Shown in pieces: positions 8,652-16,346 of a stretch of 64,000 nucleotides of DNA. The DNA comes from Brevundimonas sp. (GTDB taxonomy: Bacteria; Pseudomonadota; Alphaproteobacteria; Caulobacterales; Caulobacteraceae). Position numbers and translations under genes: made by a program. Below the pieces are notes generated by a model. That model saw only the letters and a program-made list of their open reading frames with translations. It ran no database searches and had not been told where the DNA came from. Position 1 is the stretch's first letter. Every line of letters starts with the position of its first letter. The stretch is from NCBI RefSeq assembly GCF_046299535.1, contig NZ_JBKBIB010000012.1, positions 21,833-85,832 on the forward strand, in the 5' to 3' direction.

Positions 8652-8912
8652 ATGTCGGCTCGGGTCTCGGGATCGATTTGGTACGTCTATTTTCTCAAGC
8701 TTAGTAATGGCGATATCTACGTTGGATCGACAAATGATCTGAAACGGCGTTTCGAGTCGCACCAGCAGGGGCAGGTAATCTCGACCAGGGCGTACGCGCC
8801 GATGACGCTGTTGACCTATGTGGCCGTAAATTCGGAGACGACAGCACGGTCGCTCGAACAGTACTTCAAGTCCGGGTCCGGAAAAGCCTTCGCCCGGAAA
8901 CGCTTCTGGTGA
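8652..8912 (+). CDS. stand-alone GIY-YIG nuclease-domain protein
   Basis: SIWYVYFLKLSNGDIYVGSTNDLKRRFESHQQG matches the GIY-(x9-11)-YIG and R motifs. Alternative starts at 8640 and 8598. Visibly more A/T-rich than the flanks. Confidence 0.7.
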   Translation: MSARVSGSIWYVYFLKLSNGDIYVGSTNDLKRRFESHQQGQVISTRAYAPMTLLTYVAVNSETTARSLEQYFKSGSGKAFARKRFW

Positions 8913-8965
8913 ACATTGTGGCAGCAGGAAAGTGAACCTCTTTCCCCCGCCGCTGTTGAAGCGGC

Positions 8966-9442
8966 ATGACCATTCTCAACCTGCTCCCTTCCGTCCTCAT
9001 CGGCGCCGTCGCCAGCGCGCGATCCATGACGCCCATGGCCGCCATCGCGGGGGCGCGGCTGACGCAGCGCAGGACGCCGGGGCGGCTGTTGCTGCTGGAT
9101 CATCCGCTGTTCAAGGTCGGAGCCCTGTTCATGGGTGTGGGCGAACTGCTGGGCGACAAGATGCGCTCGGCGCCGGACCGCACGGTGTTTCTGGGCCTGC
9201 TGGCCCGGGTGATGAGCGCGGGTATCGCCGGGGCCGCCCTGGCGCCGCGCGGCCATGAGCGGCTGGGCGCGGGGCTGGCGGTGGGAACCGCCGTGCCGCT
9301 GGCCTACGCCACGCTGGCGGGACGCAAGGCCGGCATGCGGCGCATCGGGCAGACCCGCAGCGGGCTGATCGAGGATGCGCTGATCGTCGCGGCCGGCGTG
9401 GCCGTGGTGGCCCTTGCGGTGCGGGGCGGGCGGCGAGGATAG
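8966..9442 (+). CDS. small integral membrane protein (DUF4126-like)
   Basis: 158 aa with several Gly/Ala-rich hydrophobic segments. Family assignment is from memory of similar proteins, not from a search. Confidence 0.55.
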   Translation: MTILNLLPSVLIGAVASARSMTPMAAIAGARLTQRRTPGRLLLLDHPLFKVGALFMGVGELLGDKMRSAPDRTVFLGLLARVMSAGIAGAALAPRGHERLGAGLAVGTAVPLAYATLAGRKAGMRRIGQTRSGLIEDALIVAAGVAVVALAVRGGRRG

Positions 9443-9458
9443 ACCCGCCGCCGCGTCG

Positions 9459-10751
9459 CTACTTCACCGGCGGGGCGACGTAGGCGTCCACGTCGATCTC
9501 GTTTTCCCATTTGCCGACCACGGTGGCGACGGCCAGGTCGCTGATGACGTTGGTCACGGTGCGGGTCATGTCGAGGATGCGGTCGAACGGCAGGACGAAG
9601 CCCACCAGCAGGGCGGTCTGCATCGGGTCGACGCCGATTCCCTGAAGCACGGCCGCCAGCATGAACAGCGAGGCCGAGGGGACCGGGGCGGTGCCGATGG
9701 AGACCAGCAGGGTCGTAACCACGATCAGGGCGTAGTCGGACAGGCTGAGGGTGATCCCGAAGGCCTGGGCGGCGAAGACGGCGAGGATGCCGATGTACAG
9801 GGCGGTGCCGTCCATGGACACGGTCATGCCCAGCGGCAGGACGGTGGAGAAGACCGGCTTCTTGATGCCCAGATTCTGCTCGGCCACCGCCATGGTCACC
9901 GGCAGGGTGGCCGAGGACGAGGAGGTGGAGAAGGCCACCAGCCCCGCGTCGGTCACGTCGCGGAAGAACGGCCAGGCGGGGAGCCGGGCGAACATCTTGA
10001 TGATCCCCCCATGGAAAACAAGGATCTGGATCATACAGCCGACCACGACGCACAGGGCCAGCAGGGCCACATTGACGAAGGCGGACAGGCCCGTGGTGCC
10101 CATGACCCAGGCGATCAGGGCGAAGACGCCGAAGGGCGCCACCTCCATGATGAAGCCGACCAGCTTGAGCATGGCTTCGGACGCGGAGTTGAACACGTCG
10201 GCCAGCGGCTTGCCCGCCTCGCCGGAAACCAGAATGGCCGCGCCCAGGAGCAGGGCGAAGAAGATCACCGCCAGAATCTGGCCCGAGGCCAGGGCCGCGA
10301 TGGGATTGGTCGGCACGATCATCTCGATCATGCCCGCGAACGGCTGGGCCGCCTCAAGACCTTCGCGGGGAATCGCGTCCGAGAAGTCCACACCGGCGCC
10401 GGGCTGGATGAGGAGCGCCAGGGTTATGCCGACCGTGATGGCCGTCAGGCTGGTGAGCACGTAAAGCGACACCGCCTTCACCCCGATGGAGCCCAGACGT
10501 TTGGGGTCGCTGAGGCTGATCACGCCGGAGACGATGGTGACAAACACCAGGGGCGCCACGACCATCTGGATCAGACGCACGAACAGGTCGCCCAGCCAGC
10601 GGATCTGGCCGGCGCCTTCGCCCCAGATCAGGCCGACGATGACGCCCAGGACCAGCGCCAGCAGGATGCGCTTCCACAGCACGACCCCGAACCAGTAGCG
10701 GTGTGCAAGGCTGCGCGGACGTTCGTCAACGGAGTCGCTGTCCAGGGTCAT
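9459..10751 (-). CDS. dicarboxylate/amino acid:cation symporter (DAACS, GltP/DctA family)
   Basis: 430 aa polytopic protein. Contains family-typical segments (FSTSSSSATLPVTM, VLPLGMTVSMDGTALY, PVPSASLFMLAAVL). Confidence 0.88.
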   Translation of the reverse strand: MTLDSDSVDERPRSLAHRYWFGVVLWKRILLALVLGVIVGLIWGEGAGQIRWLGDLFVRLIQMVVAPLVFVTIVSGVISLSDPKRLGSIGVKAVSLYVLTSLTAITVGITLALLIQPGAGVDFSDAIPREGLEAAQPFAGMIEMIVPTNPIAALASGQILAVIFFALLLGAAILVSGEAGKPLADVFNSASEAMLKLVGFIMEVAPFGVFALIAWVMGTTGLSAFVNVALLALCVVVGCMIQILVFHGGIIKMFARLPAWPFFRDVTDAGLVAFSTSSSSATLPVTMAVAEQNLGIKKPVFSTVLPLGMTVSMDGTALYIGILAVFAAQAFGITLSLSDYALIVVTTLLVSIGTAPVPSASLFMLAAVLQGIGVDPMQTALLVGFVLPFDRILDMTRTVTNVISDLAVATVVGKWENEIDVDAYVAPPVK

Positions 10752-10932
10752 GCAGTCGTCCTGAGTCTTGAAACCATGGTGAGGAGAAGGGCGGCGCGCC
10801 TCAGCCCTCCGGCGGCTGCGCGGCCTTCACGGATGCCCCGACGTCAGCAAGGACGACGGCCCCCGAACGCATCCAATGCGGTCATGAAGCAGATGTGACC
10901 GCCCGAACGCAAGACGGACTGTGTGGCGACTG

Positions 10933-10947
10933 GAACAAAGGAAGAAC
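10933..10947. promoter_or_regulatory. alphaproteobacterial LexA (SOS) box, GAAC-N7-GAAC
   Basis: GAACaaaggaaGAAC ends 19 nt upstream of ATG 10966. It is the reverse complement of the GTTC-N7-GTTC consensus described for Rhodobacter and Caulobacter LexA. Confidence 0.55.
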
Positions 10948-10965
10948 ACGTGACATTGTCCCCGC

Positions 10966-12177
10966 ATGGACGAGAAGCTCTCGAAAAAACTCAGAATTCT
11001 GGCTGACGCCGCCAAGTACGACGCCTCGTGTGCGTCGTCTGGGGCGAAAAAGCGCAAGGCGGCGCCGGGCGGGCTGGGGTCCACGACCGGGGCGGGAATC
11101 TGCCACGCCTATACGCCGGACGGACGCTGCGTCTCGCTGCTCAAGGTGCTGCTGACCAACTACTGCCTGTTCGACTGCGCCTATTGCATCAACCGGCGCT
11201 CCTCCAACACGCCCCGCGCGCGGTTCACGGTGGAGGAGGTGGTGCGGCTGACGGTCGAGTTCTATCGCCGGAATTACATCGAGGGGCTGTTCCTGTCGTC
11301 GGGCATCATCCGCTCGCCGGACCACACCATGGAGGAACTGGTGCGGGTGGCCAAATCGCTGCGTCAGGACCACGGATTCGCCGGCTATATCCATCTGAAG
11401 ACCATTCCTGAGGCCAGCCCCTGGCTGATCGAACAGGCGGGGCTTTGGGCGGACCGGCTGTCCATCAATGTGGAGCTGCCCACCGATGCGGGACTGAAGG
11501 CCTTCGCGCCGGAAAAGGACAGCGGGACCATCCGCCGGGCCATGGGCCAGATGCGCGAACGGATCACCGAGGCGAAGGAGGAGCGGCGTCGGTTCTCGCC
11601 CGCCGGACAGAGCACCCAGGTGATCGTGGGCGCCGATGCGGCGACGGATGCGGACGTGCTGCAGTCCTCGGCGCGCATGTATGGGGATTATGGACTCAAG
11701 CGGGTCTATTATTCGGCCTTCAGCCCCATTCCGGAGGCCAGCGCCGCCCTGCCCATCAAGGCGCCGCCGTTGCAGCGGGAGAACCGGCTGTATCAGGCGG
11801 ACTGGCTGCTGCGGTTCTATGGCTTCACGCCGCTTGAGGCAGCCTCGGGCGGGGACGGCGGGATGCTGGATCTGGAGATCGATCCCAAGCTGGCCTGGGC
11901 GTTGAAGAACCGGGACCGCTTTCCCGCCGATGTGAACACGGCCGACCGGGAATTGCTGCTGCGGGTGCCGGGGTTGGGGGTGCGGGCGGTGGACCGCATT
12001 CTGAAGGCGCGGCGGCACACGCGGCTGGGCATGGCGGATCTGGCGCGGCTGTCGCCGGCGCTGAAGCGGGCGCGGCCCTTCCTGATCGCCTCGGACCACA
12101 GCCCCCTGAAGCTGACCGACCGGGCCGACCTGCGCGAAATGCTGACGCCGCCGGCGCGGCAGCTGAGCCTGTTCTGA
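10966..12177 (+). CDS. putative DNA modification/repair radical SAM protein
   Basis: 403 aa. CxxxCxxC cluster motif in NYCLFDCAYCINR. C-terminal helix-hairpin-helix-like region (LLRVPGLGVRAVDRIL). Stop overlaps the next ATG (ATGA at 12175-12179). Confidence 0.8.
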   Translation: MDEKLSKKLRILADAAKYDASCASSGAKKRKAAPGGLGSTTGAGICHAYTPDGRCVSLLKVLLTNYCLFDCAYCINRRSSNTPRARFTVEEVVRLTVEFYRRNYIEGLFLSSGIIRSPDHTMEELVRVAKSLRQDHGFAGYIHLKTIPEASPWLIEQAGLWADRLSINVELPTDAGLKAFAPEKDSGTIRRAMGQMRERITEAKEERRRFSPAGQSTQVIVGADAATDADVLQSSARMYGDYGLKRVYYSAFSPIPEASAALPIKAPPLQRENRLYQADWLLRFYGFTPLEAASGGDGGMLDLEIDPKLAWALKNRDRFPADVNTADRELLLRVPGLGVRAVDRILKARRHTRLGMADLARLSPALKRARPFLIASDHSPLKLTDRADLREMLTPPARQLSLF

Positions 12178-13565
12178 TGGACTGGGCCGTGGCTCTGGCG
12201 CCGGGGGCTGATCTGGACGGGTTTCGCCGGGCGGCGCGCGGGCTGGTGGCCGCGGAGGCGGCGCCCGGGGCGGTGGACTGGAGCGGGAGCGCCCTGTTCG
12301 GCCAGCCGCCGCCGGACGGGCCGCCGCTGATCCTGCCGCGCCGGGCCGGGGGCCTGATCCAGTCGTGCGTGCGCCACGCGGACCCGGAGCGGTTCGCCCT
12401 GTTGTATCAGCTGGTCTGGCGCATCCATCGGGGCGAGCGGGCCCTGGCCGAGATCGCCAGCGATCCGCTGGTCCACCGGCTGGAGCAGATGGACAAGGCG
12501 GTGCGGCGCGAGATCCACAAGATGCACGCCTTCGTGCGCTTTCGCCGGATCGACGGGGAGGGGGGCGAGCGGTTCGCGGCCTGGTTCGAGCCGGAGCATT
12601 TCGTGCTGGAATCGGCGGCGCCGTTCTTCGTGGACCGGTTTCGCTCCATGCGGTGGTCGATCCTGACGCCGCTGGGGTCGGTTTGCTGGGACGGGGCGGC
12701 GCTGAGCTTCGGTCCGCCCGCGCGGCGGGAGGATGCGCCCGACGGCGACCCGTTCGAGGATGGCTGGCGGGCCTATTACGAGAGCACCTTCAACCCGGCG
12801 CGGGTCAATCCGCGCATGATGGCCTCGGAGATGCCCCGCCGCTACTGGCGCAATCTGCCCGAGGCCGCGTCCATCCCCGAACTGATCCGGGGGGCGCCGG
12901 CGCGGGTGCGCGAGATGATCGAGCGGGACGCGTCGACGCCCGTCAAGCGCAACCCGGAAAAGGCTGTGGCCGCCATGGCGGACCAGACGCCGACCACGCT
13001 GGAGGCGCTGAACCGCATCATCGCGGCGGCGGACCCGTTTGTTGTTGGGGGCACGCGGGCGGTGCTGGGCGAGGGGCCGCTGACCCCCGCCATCGCCCTG
13101 GTGGGCGAACAGCCGGGGGATCAGGAGGATGTGCAGGGACGGCCGTTCGTGGGGCCGGCGGGGCAACTGCTGGACCGCGCGCTGGCCGAGGCCGGGCTGG
13201 ATCGGGCGGACCTCTATGTCACCAATGCGGTGAAGCATTTCAAGTTCGTGCAGGACGGCAAGCGGCGGCTGCACAAGTCGCCCACGGCGGGGGAGGTGAA
13301 GCACTATCGCTGGTGGCTGGACAAGGAGCTGGAGCTGGTGCGGCCGCGGGTGATCGTGGCCCTGGGCGCCACGGCGGCCCTGGCTCTCACGGGCAAGCCG
13401 CAGCCGATCACAAGGTGCCGGGGCGAGACCAGCTTCGACAACCGGCGCGGGGTGATCACCTACCACCCGTCCTACCTGCTGCGCGCGCCGGACCCTGCGG
13501 TGAAGGCCGAGGCGCGCGCCCGGTTTGTTGACGACCTGCGTCTGGCCCGGACGCTGGCCGGGTGA
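12177..13565 (+). CDS. DUF4130 domain fused to a UdgX-type (family 4-like) uracil-DNA glycosylase domain
   Basis: The C-terminal domain carries GEQPGDQED...PFVGPAG, KRRLH (UdgX R-loop KRRIH-like) and HPSYLLR motifs. The N-terminal ~230 aa matches the architecture that normally partners the radical SAM protein. Confidence 0.8.
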   Translation: MDWAVALAPGADLDGFRRAARGLVAAEAAPGAVDWSGSALFGQPPPDGPPLILPRRAGGLIQSCVRHADPERFALLYQLVWRIHRGERALAEIASDPLVHRLEQMDKAVRREIHKMHAFVRFRRIDGEGGERFAAWFEPEHFVLESAAPFFVDRFRSMRWSILTPLGSVCWDGAALSFGPPARREDAPDGDPFEDGWRAYYESTFNPARVNPRMMASEMPRRYWRNLPEAASIPELIRGAPARVREMIERDASTPVKRNPEKAVAAMADQTPTTLEALNRIIAAADPFVVGGTRAVLGEGPLTPAIALVGEQPGDQEDVQGRPFVGPAGQLLDRALAEAGLDRADLYVTNAVKHFKFVQDGKRRLHKSPTAGEVKHYRWWLDKELELVRPRVIVALGATAALALTGKPQPITRCRGETSFDNRRGVITYHPSYLLRAPDPAVKAEARARFVDDLRLARTLAG

Positions 13566-13666
13566 GCGGCCTCACGAAACTGTTGCGGTCTTGACGCTAG
13601 GTGATCTTGTGGCCCGCCGCGCCGGGGGCTACCCATCGCATCAAATCTGGAACAAGGGAGACGACC

Positions 13667-13972
13667 ATGGCCGATCTGGCTTCCGTTACCGAACACATCC
13701 GCAGCGCCGTCGGCGAGAACTCGGGTCTGGGAAAGACCGTCAAGATCGACCTGGGCGACACCGGCCAGATCTATATCGACGGCGCCTCGGTCCCGAACAC
13801 GGTGACCAATGAGGACAAGCCCGCCGACGCCGTGGTGTCGATCAGCTGGGACGACTTCATGGCCCTGTCGGAAGGCAAGCTGGATCCGATGATGGCCTTC
13901 ATGCAGGGCAAGCTGAAGATCGCCGGCGACATGATGATCGCGCAGAAGCTGGCCCCGCTGCTGAAGCGCTAA
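13667..13972 (+). CDS. SCP2 sterol-carrier-like domain protein
   Basis: 101 aa from ATG 13667, with AAGGGAG upstream. GKLDPMMAFMQGKLKIAGDMMIAQKL is the typical SCP2 C-terminal motif. Confidence 0.75.
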   Translation: MADLASVTEHIRSAVGENSGLGKTVKIDLGDTGQIYIDGASVPNTVTNEDKPADAVVSISWDDFMALSEGKLDPMMAFMQGKLKIAGDMMIAQKLAPLLKR

Positions 13973-13992
13973 GGCTTAAGCGCCAGAACATT

Positions 13993-14129
13993 CTCCCTCC
14001 CCGTACGGGGAGGGCGGTCGCGAAGCGACCGGGTGGGGAGGGCTCGGCGAAAGGCCCGCGCTTTTTCGCTTGAGGCGCCCCCACCCCGTCATCGCTCCGC
14101 GCTGACGACCCTCCCCCGCAGGGGGAGGG
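13993..14129. repeat. cluster of G/C-rich palindromic (REP-like) units
   Basis: CCCTCCCC-gtac-GGGGAGGG (13995..14014), GGTCGC-gaa-GCGACC (14016..14030), GGGTGGGG...CCCCACCC (14031..14076), CCCTCCCCC-gca-GGGGGAGGG (14109..14129). Confidence 0.6.
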
Positions 14130-14148
14130 AGATAACGGAGCCTGACCT

Positions 14149-15351
14149 ATGCATTTCCAGCATTCCGACCGCGCGCTTGAATGGCAGGACCGCCTGAAGC
14201 GCTTCATGGACGCGCGCGTCCTGCCCGCCGCCGCCGACTACTGGGCGGAGGTGCGGGCCGAGCCGAAGACCCAACCGCCCACCATGGAACGGCTCAAGGC
14301 CGAGGCGAGGGCCGAAGGGCTGTGGAACCTGTTCCTGCCCGGCGAGCACGGCGCAGGCCTGACCAACATGGAATATGCGCCGCTGGCCGAGATCATGGGA
14401 CGGGCGCTGTGGTCGGCGGAGGTGTTCAACTGCAACGCCCCCGACACCGGCAACATGGAAGTGCTGCACATGTTCGGGGACGCGGCCCAGCAGGACCGCT
14501 GGCTGAAGCCGCTGATGGCGGGCGAAATCCGCTCGGCCTTCCTGATGACCGAGCCCGAGGTGGCCTCGTCGGACGCCACCAACATCCAGACCCGCATCGA
14601 GCGGGACGGCGACCACTACGTCATCAACGGGCGCAAGTGGTGGTCCACCAACATGGCGCACCCGAACCTGGCCGTGACCATCGTCATGGGCAAGACGGAC
14701 CCGGAGGCCTCCACCCACGCCCAGCAGTCCATGGTCATCGTACCGGCGGATACGCCCGGTTTCCGGGTGGAGCGGATGCTGACGGTGTTCGGCTATGACG
14801 AGGTTCCCATCGGCCACGCCGAGGTGGTGCTGGAGAACGTGCGCGTGCCGGCCGAGAACCTGATCGCGGGCGAGGGCCGGGGCTTCGAGATCGCCCAGGG
14901 GCGTCTGGGGCCGGGCCGCATCCACCACTGCATGCGCACCATCGGGTGTGCGGAGGCGGCGCTGGAGCTGATGGTCGGTCGCCTGCAGACCCGCACCGCC
15001 TTCCGCAAGACCATAGCCGAGCATTCGGTGTGGGAGCAGCGGGTGGCGGAGGCGCGCACCAATATCGAGATGTGCCGCCTGCTGGTGCTGAAGGCCGCCT
15101 GGATGATGGACGAGGTGGGGGTCAAGAACGCCCGCTCCGAGATCGCCCAGATCAAGGTGGCGGCGCCGCGCATGGCGCTGAAGGTGATCGACGACGCCAT
15201 CCAGGCGTTCGGCGGCGCCGGGGTGTCGGGCGACACCGAGCTGGCCGCCATGTACGCCATGGTGCGCACCCTGCGCATCGCCGACGGCCCGGACGAGGTC
15301 CACAACCGCACCATCGCGCGGCTGGAATACGCCAAACACGCCGTGAAGTGA
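14149..15351 (+). CDS. acyl-CoA dehydrogenase family protein
   Basis: 400 aa. ACAD-type N, middle and C domains ([44 protein letters not shown]). Confidence 0.88.
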   Translation: MHFQHSDRALEWQDRLKRFMDARVLPAAADYWAEVRAEPKTQPPTMERLKAEARAEGLWNLFLPGEHGAGLTNMEYAPLAEIMGRALWSAEVFNCNAPDTGNMEVLHMFGDAAQQDRWLKPLMAGEIRSAFLMTEPEVASSDATNIQTRIERDGDHYVINGRKWWSTNMAHPNLAVTIVMGKTDPEASTHAQQSMVIVPADTPGFRVERMLTVFGYDEVPIGHAEVVLENVRVPAENLIAGEGRGFEIAQGRLGPGRIHHCMRTIGCAEAALELMVGRLQTRTAFRKTIAEHSVWEQRVAEARTNIEMCRLLVLKAAWMMDEVGVKNARSEIAQIKVAAPRMALKVIDDAIQAFGGAGVSGDTELAAMYAMVRTLRIADGPDEVHNRTIARLEYAKHAVK

Positions 15352-15395
15352 TCCGTCCGCGTCGCGCATCCTGCGCGCGACACGCGGGACGGATC
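15350..15395 (+). terminator. long imperfect GC hairpin after the acyl-CoA dehydrogenase gene
   Basis: GATCCGTCCGCGTCGCGC ... GCGCGCGACACGCGGGACGGATC. About 17 bp stem with two small bulges. No U-tract follows. Confidence 0.35.
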
Positions 15396-15433
15396 ATGGC
15401 AAGCTTGGCCTTTGCAGCACGTCGGGGGACGGA

Positions 15434-15601
15434 TTGGCCAAGGATTCAGACAAGCGTGGAAAGACCGCGCCGAAGCGCGCTGACGCGATTCTGAAGGCTG
15501 CGGTCCGCCGGATTGAGTCCGAGGGTGTTCCCGAGACGCTGGAGGATCAGGTCCGGCGCATCAGCGGTGCGCCGTCGACCAGAGGCGACAAGCGGAACTA
15601 G
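15434..15601 (+). CDS. possible unannotated 55-aa ORF (TTG start), charged/helical
   Basis: Frame is open from 15347, but the only plausible start is TTG 15434 (GGGGGA about 6 nt upstream). Translation: AKDSDKRGKTAPKRADAILKAAVRRIESEGVPETLEDQVRRISGAPSTRGDKRN. Third-position G/C bias is moderate. Below the track's apparent length cut-off (shortest listed ORF is 60 aa). Confidence 0.25.
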   Translation: MAKDSDKRGKTAPKRADAILKAAVRRIESEGVPETLEDQVRRISGAPSTRGDKRN

Positions 15602-16170
15602 GCGGCGTCTCCGGTGGACGGCTCGCGGTCCATGCCCATGATCTGGGCCAGGCGATTGCGGGCCCGGTTGACCCGGCTCTTAATGGTGCCCAGGGCGCAA
15701 CCGGCGATCTCGGCGGCCTCTTCGTAGGACAGCCCCGCTGCGCCCACCATGATCAGCGCCTCCCTGTGTTCGGGCGGCAACTGGTTCAGGGCGGCCTGAA
15801 GTTGATGGAGTTCGACGGACCATTCCTGAGACGGCGGGCTGGTCATGGCGGCGGCCATCTTGCCATCCTCGTCCGCCGTCTCGCGGCGGTGCCTGGACAG
15901 GGCCGTATACCAGCTGTTGCGCAGAATGGTGAAAAGCCAGGCGCGCAGATTCGTGCCGGGCTGGAACTTGTCGCGGTGGGTCCAGGCCTTGGTCAGTGTT
16001 TCCTGGACCATGTCGTCGGCGTCCGACGGATCACGCGACAGGGACCACGCGAAGGCGCGCAAGGAAGGGATCAGGGCGATGACCTGTTCTCGCCACACCG
16101 CCGGCTCGACGATGCCGGTGTCGGCGAACCCTTCAGGGCGCGAATCAGCGACAGACGCGCGAGCGGGCAT
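15598..16170 (-). CDS. ECF-type sigma-70 family RNA polymerase sigma factor (EcfG/SigT-SigU-like, no adjacent anti-sigma)
   Basis: Region 2 (DADDMVQETLTKAWTHRDKFQPGTNLRAWLFTILRNSWYT) and region 4 (LPPEHREALIMVGAAGLSYEEAAEIAGCALGTIKSRVNRAR). Start set at ATG 16170 because the predicted promoter (16227..16251) lies inside the longer ORF. Confidence 0.85.
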   Translation of the reverse strand: MPARASVADSRPEGFADTGIVEPAVWREQVIALIPSLRAFAWSLSRDPSDADDMVQETLTKAWTHRDKFQPGTNLRAWLFTILRNSWYTALSRHRRETADEDGKMAAAMTSPPSQEWSVELHQLQAALNQLPPEHREALIMVGAAGLSYEEAAEIAGCALGTIKSRVNRARNRLAQIMGMDREPSTGDAA

Positions 16171-16226
16171 GGGCGCAACCTTGCGAACGGGAACCGGGAC
16201 CGCCACATGGAGCGGGCGATGCTGAG

Positions 16227-16251
16227 AACGCGAGGACAAACAGAGCGTTCC
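16227..16251 (-). promoter_or_regulatory. EcfG-type ECF promoter, GGAAC-N16-CGTT (perfect), for the sigma gene
   Basis: Minus strand reads GGAACgctctgtttgtcctcgCGTT, about 55 nt upstream of ATG 16170. Confidence 0.6.
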
Positions 16252-16269
16252 GGCGACCGGACACATTTG

Positions 16270-16294
16270 GGAACGGCTCTGAACCGGGGGTGTT
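16270..16294 (+). promoter_or_regulatory. EcfG-type ECF promoter, GGAAC-N16-TGTT, for egtB-egtD
   Basis: GGAACggctctgaaccgggggTGTT, 52 nt upstream of ATG 16347 and 18 bp from the divergent sigma promoter. Confidence 0.5.
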
Positions 16295-16346
16295 AGGCTC
16301 CATGCGGAAGGGCGAATGAACGGTCAGGACACGGGGGCGTCACGCC

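Noticed and set aside
8472-8762. Minus-strand 96-aa ORF overlapping tRNA-Ser, and the 74-aa ORF 42881..43105 overlapping tRNA-Asp.
   Set aside because: Both are explained by the tRNA genes and flanking hairpins, and there are no coding signals.
8437-8965. Full genomic island or integrative element at tRNA-Ser, and similarly at tRNA-Asp (43044..43120).
   Set aside because: No integrase, no transposase, and no direct repeat of the tRNA 3' end within the window. Only the single GIY-YIG gene differs in composition.
10882-13466. Minus-strand ORFs of 405 and 549 aa opposite the radical SAM and UdgX genes.
   Set aside because: Low-complexity Arg/Pro/Gly/His translations. The plus-strand frames carry diagnostic motifs.
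15434-15601. Calling the 55-aa ORF a NepR anti-sigma factor.
   Set aside because: The orientation is convergent rather than upstream and co-transcribed. The spacing between the RRI and VPE segments is shorter than in NepR proteins as I recall them. There is no ATG or GTG start. It is reported only as a speculative small ORF.
15598-16266. Full 222-aa version of the sigma ORF starting at 16266.
   Set aside because: The perfect GGAAC-N16-CGTT promoter lies inside that extension. The extension (MCPVAGTLCLSSRSQHRPLHVAVPVPVRKVAP) has no sigma-factor features.
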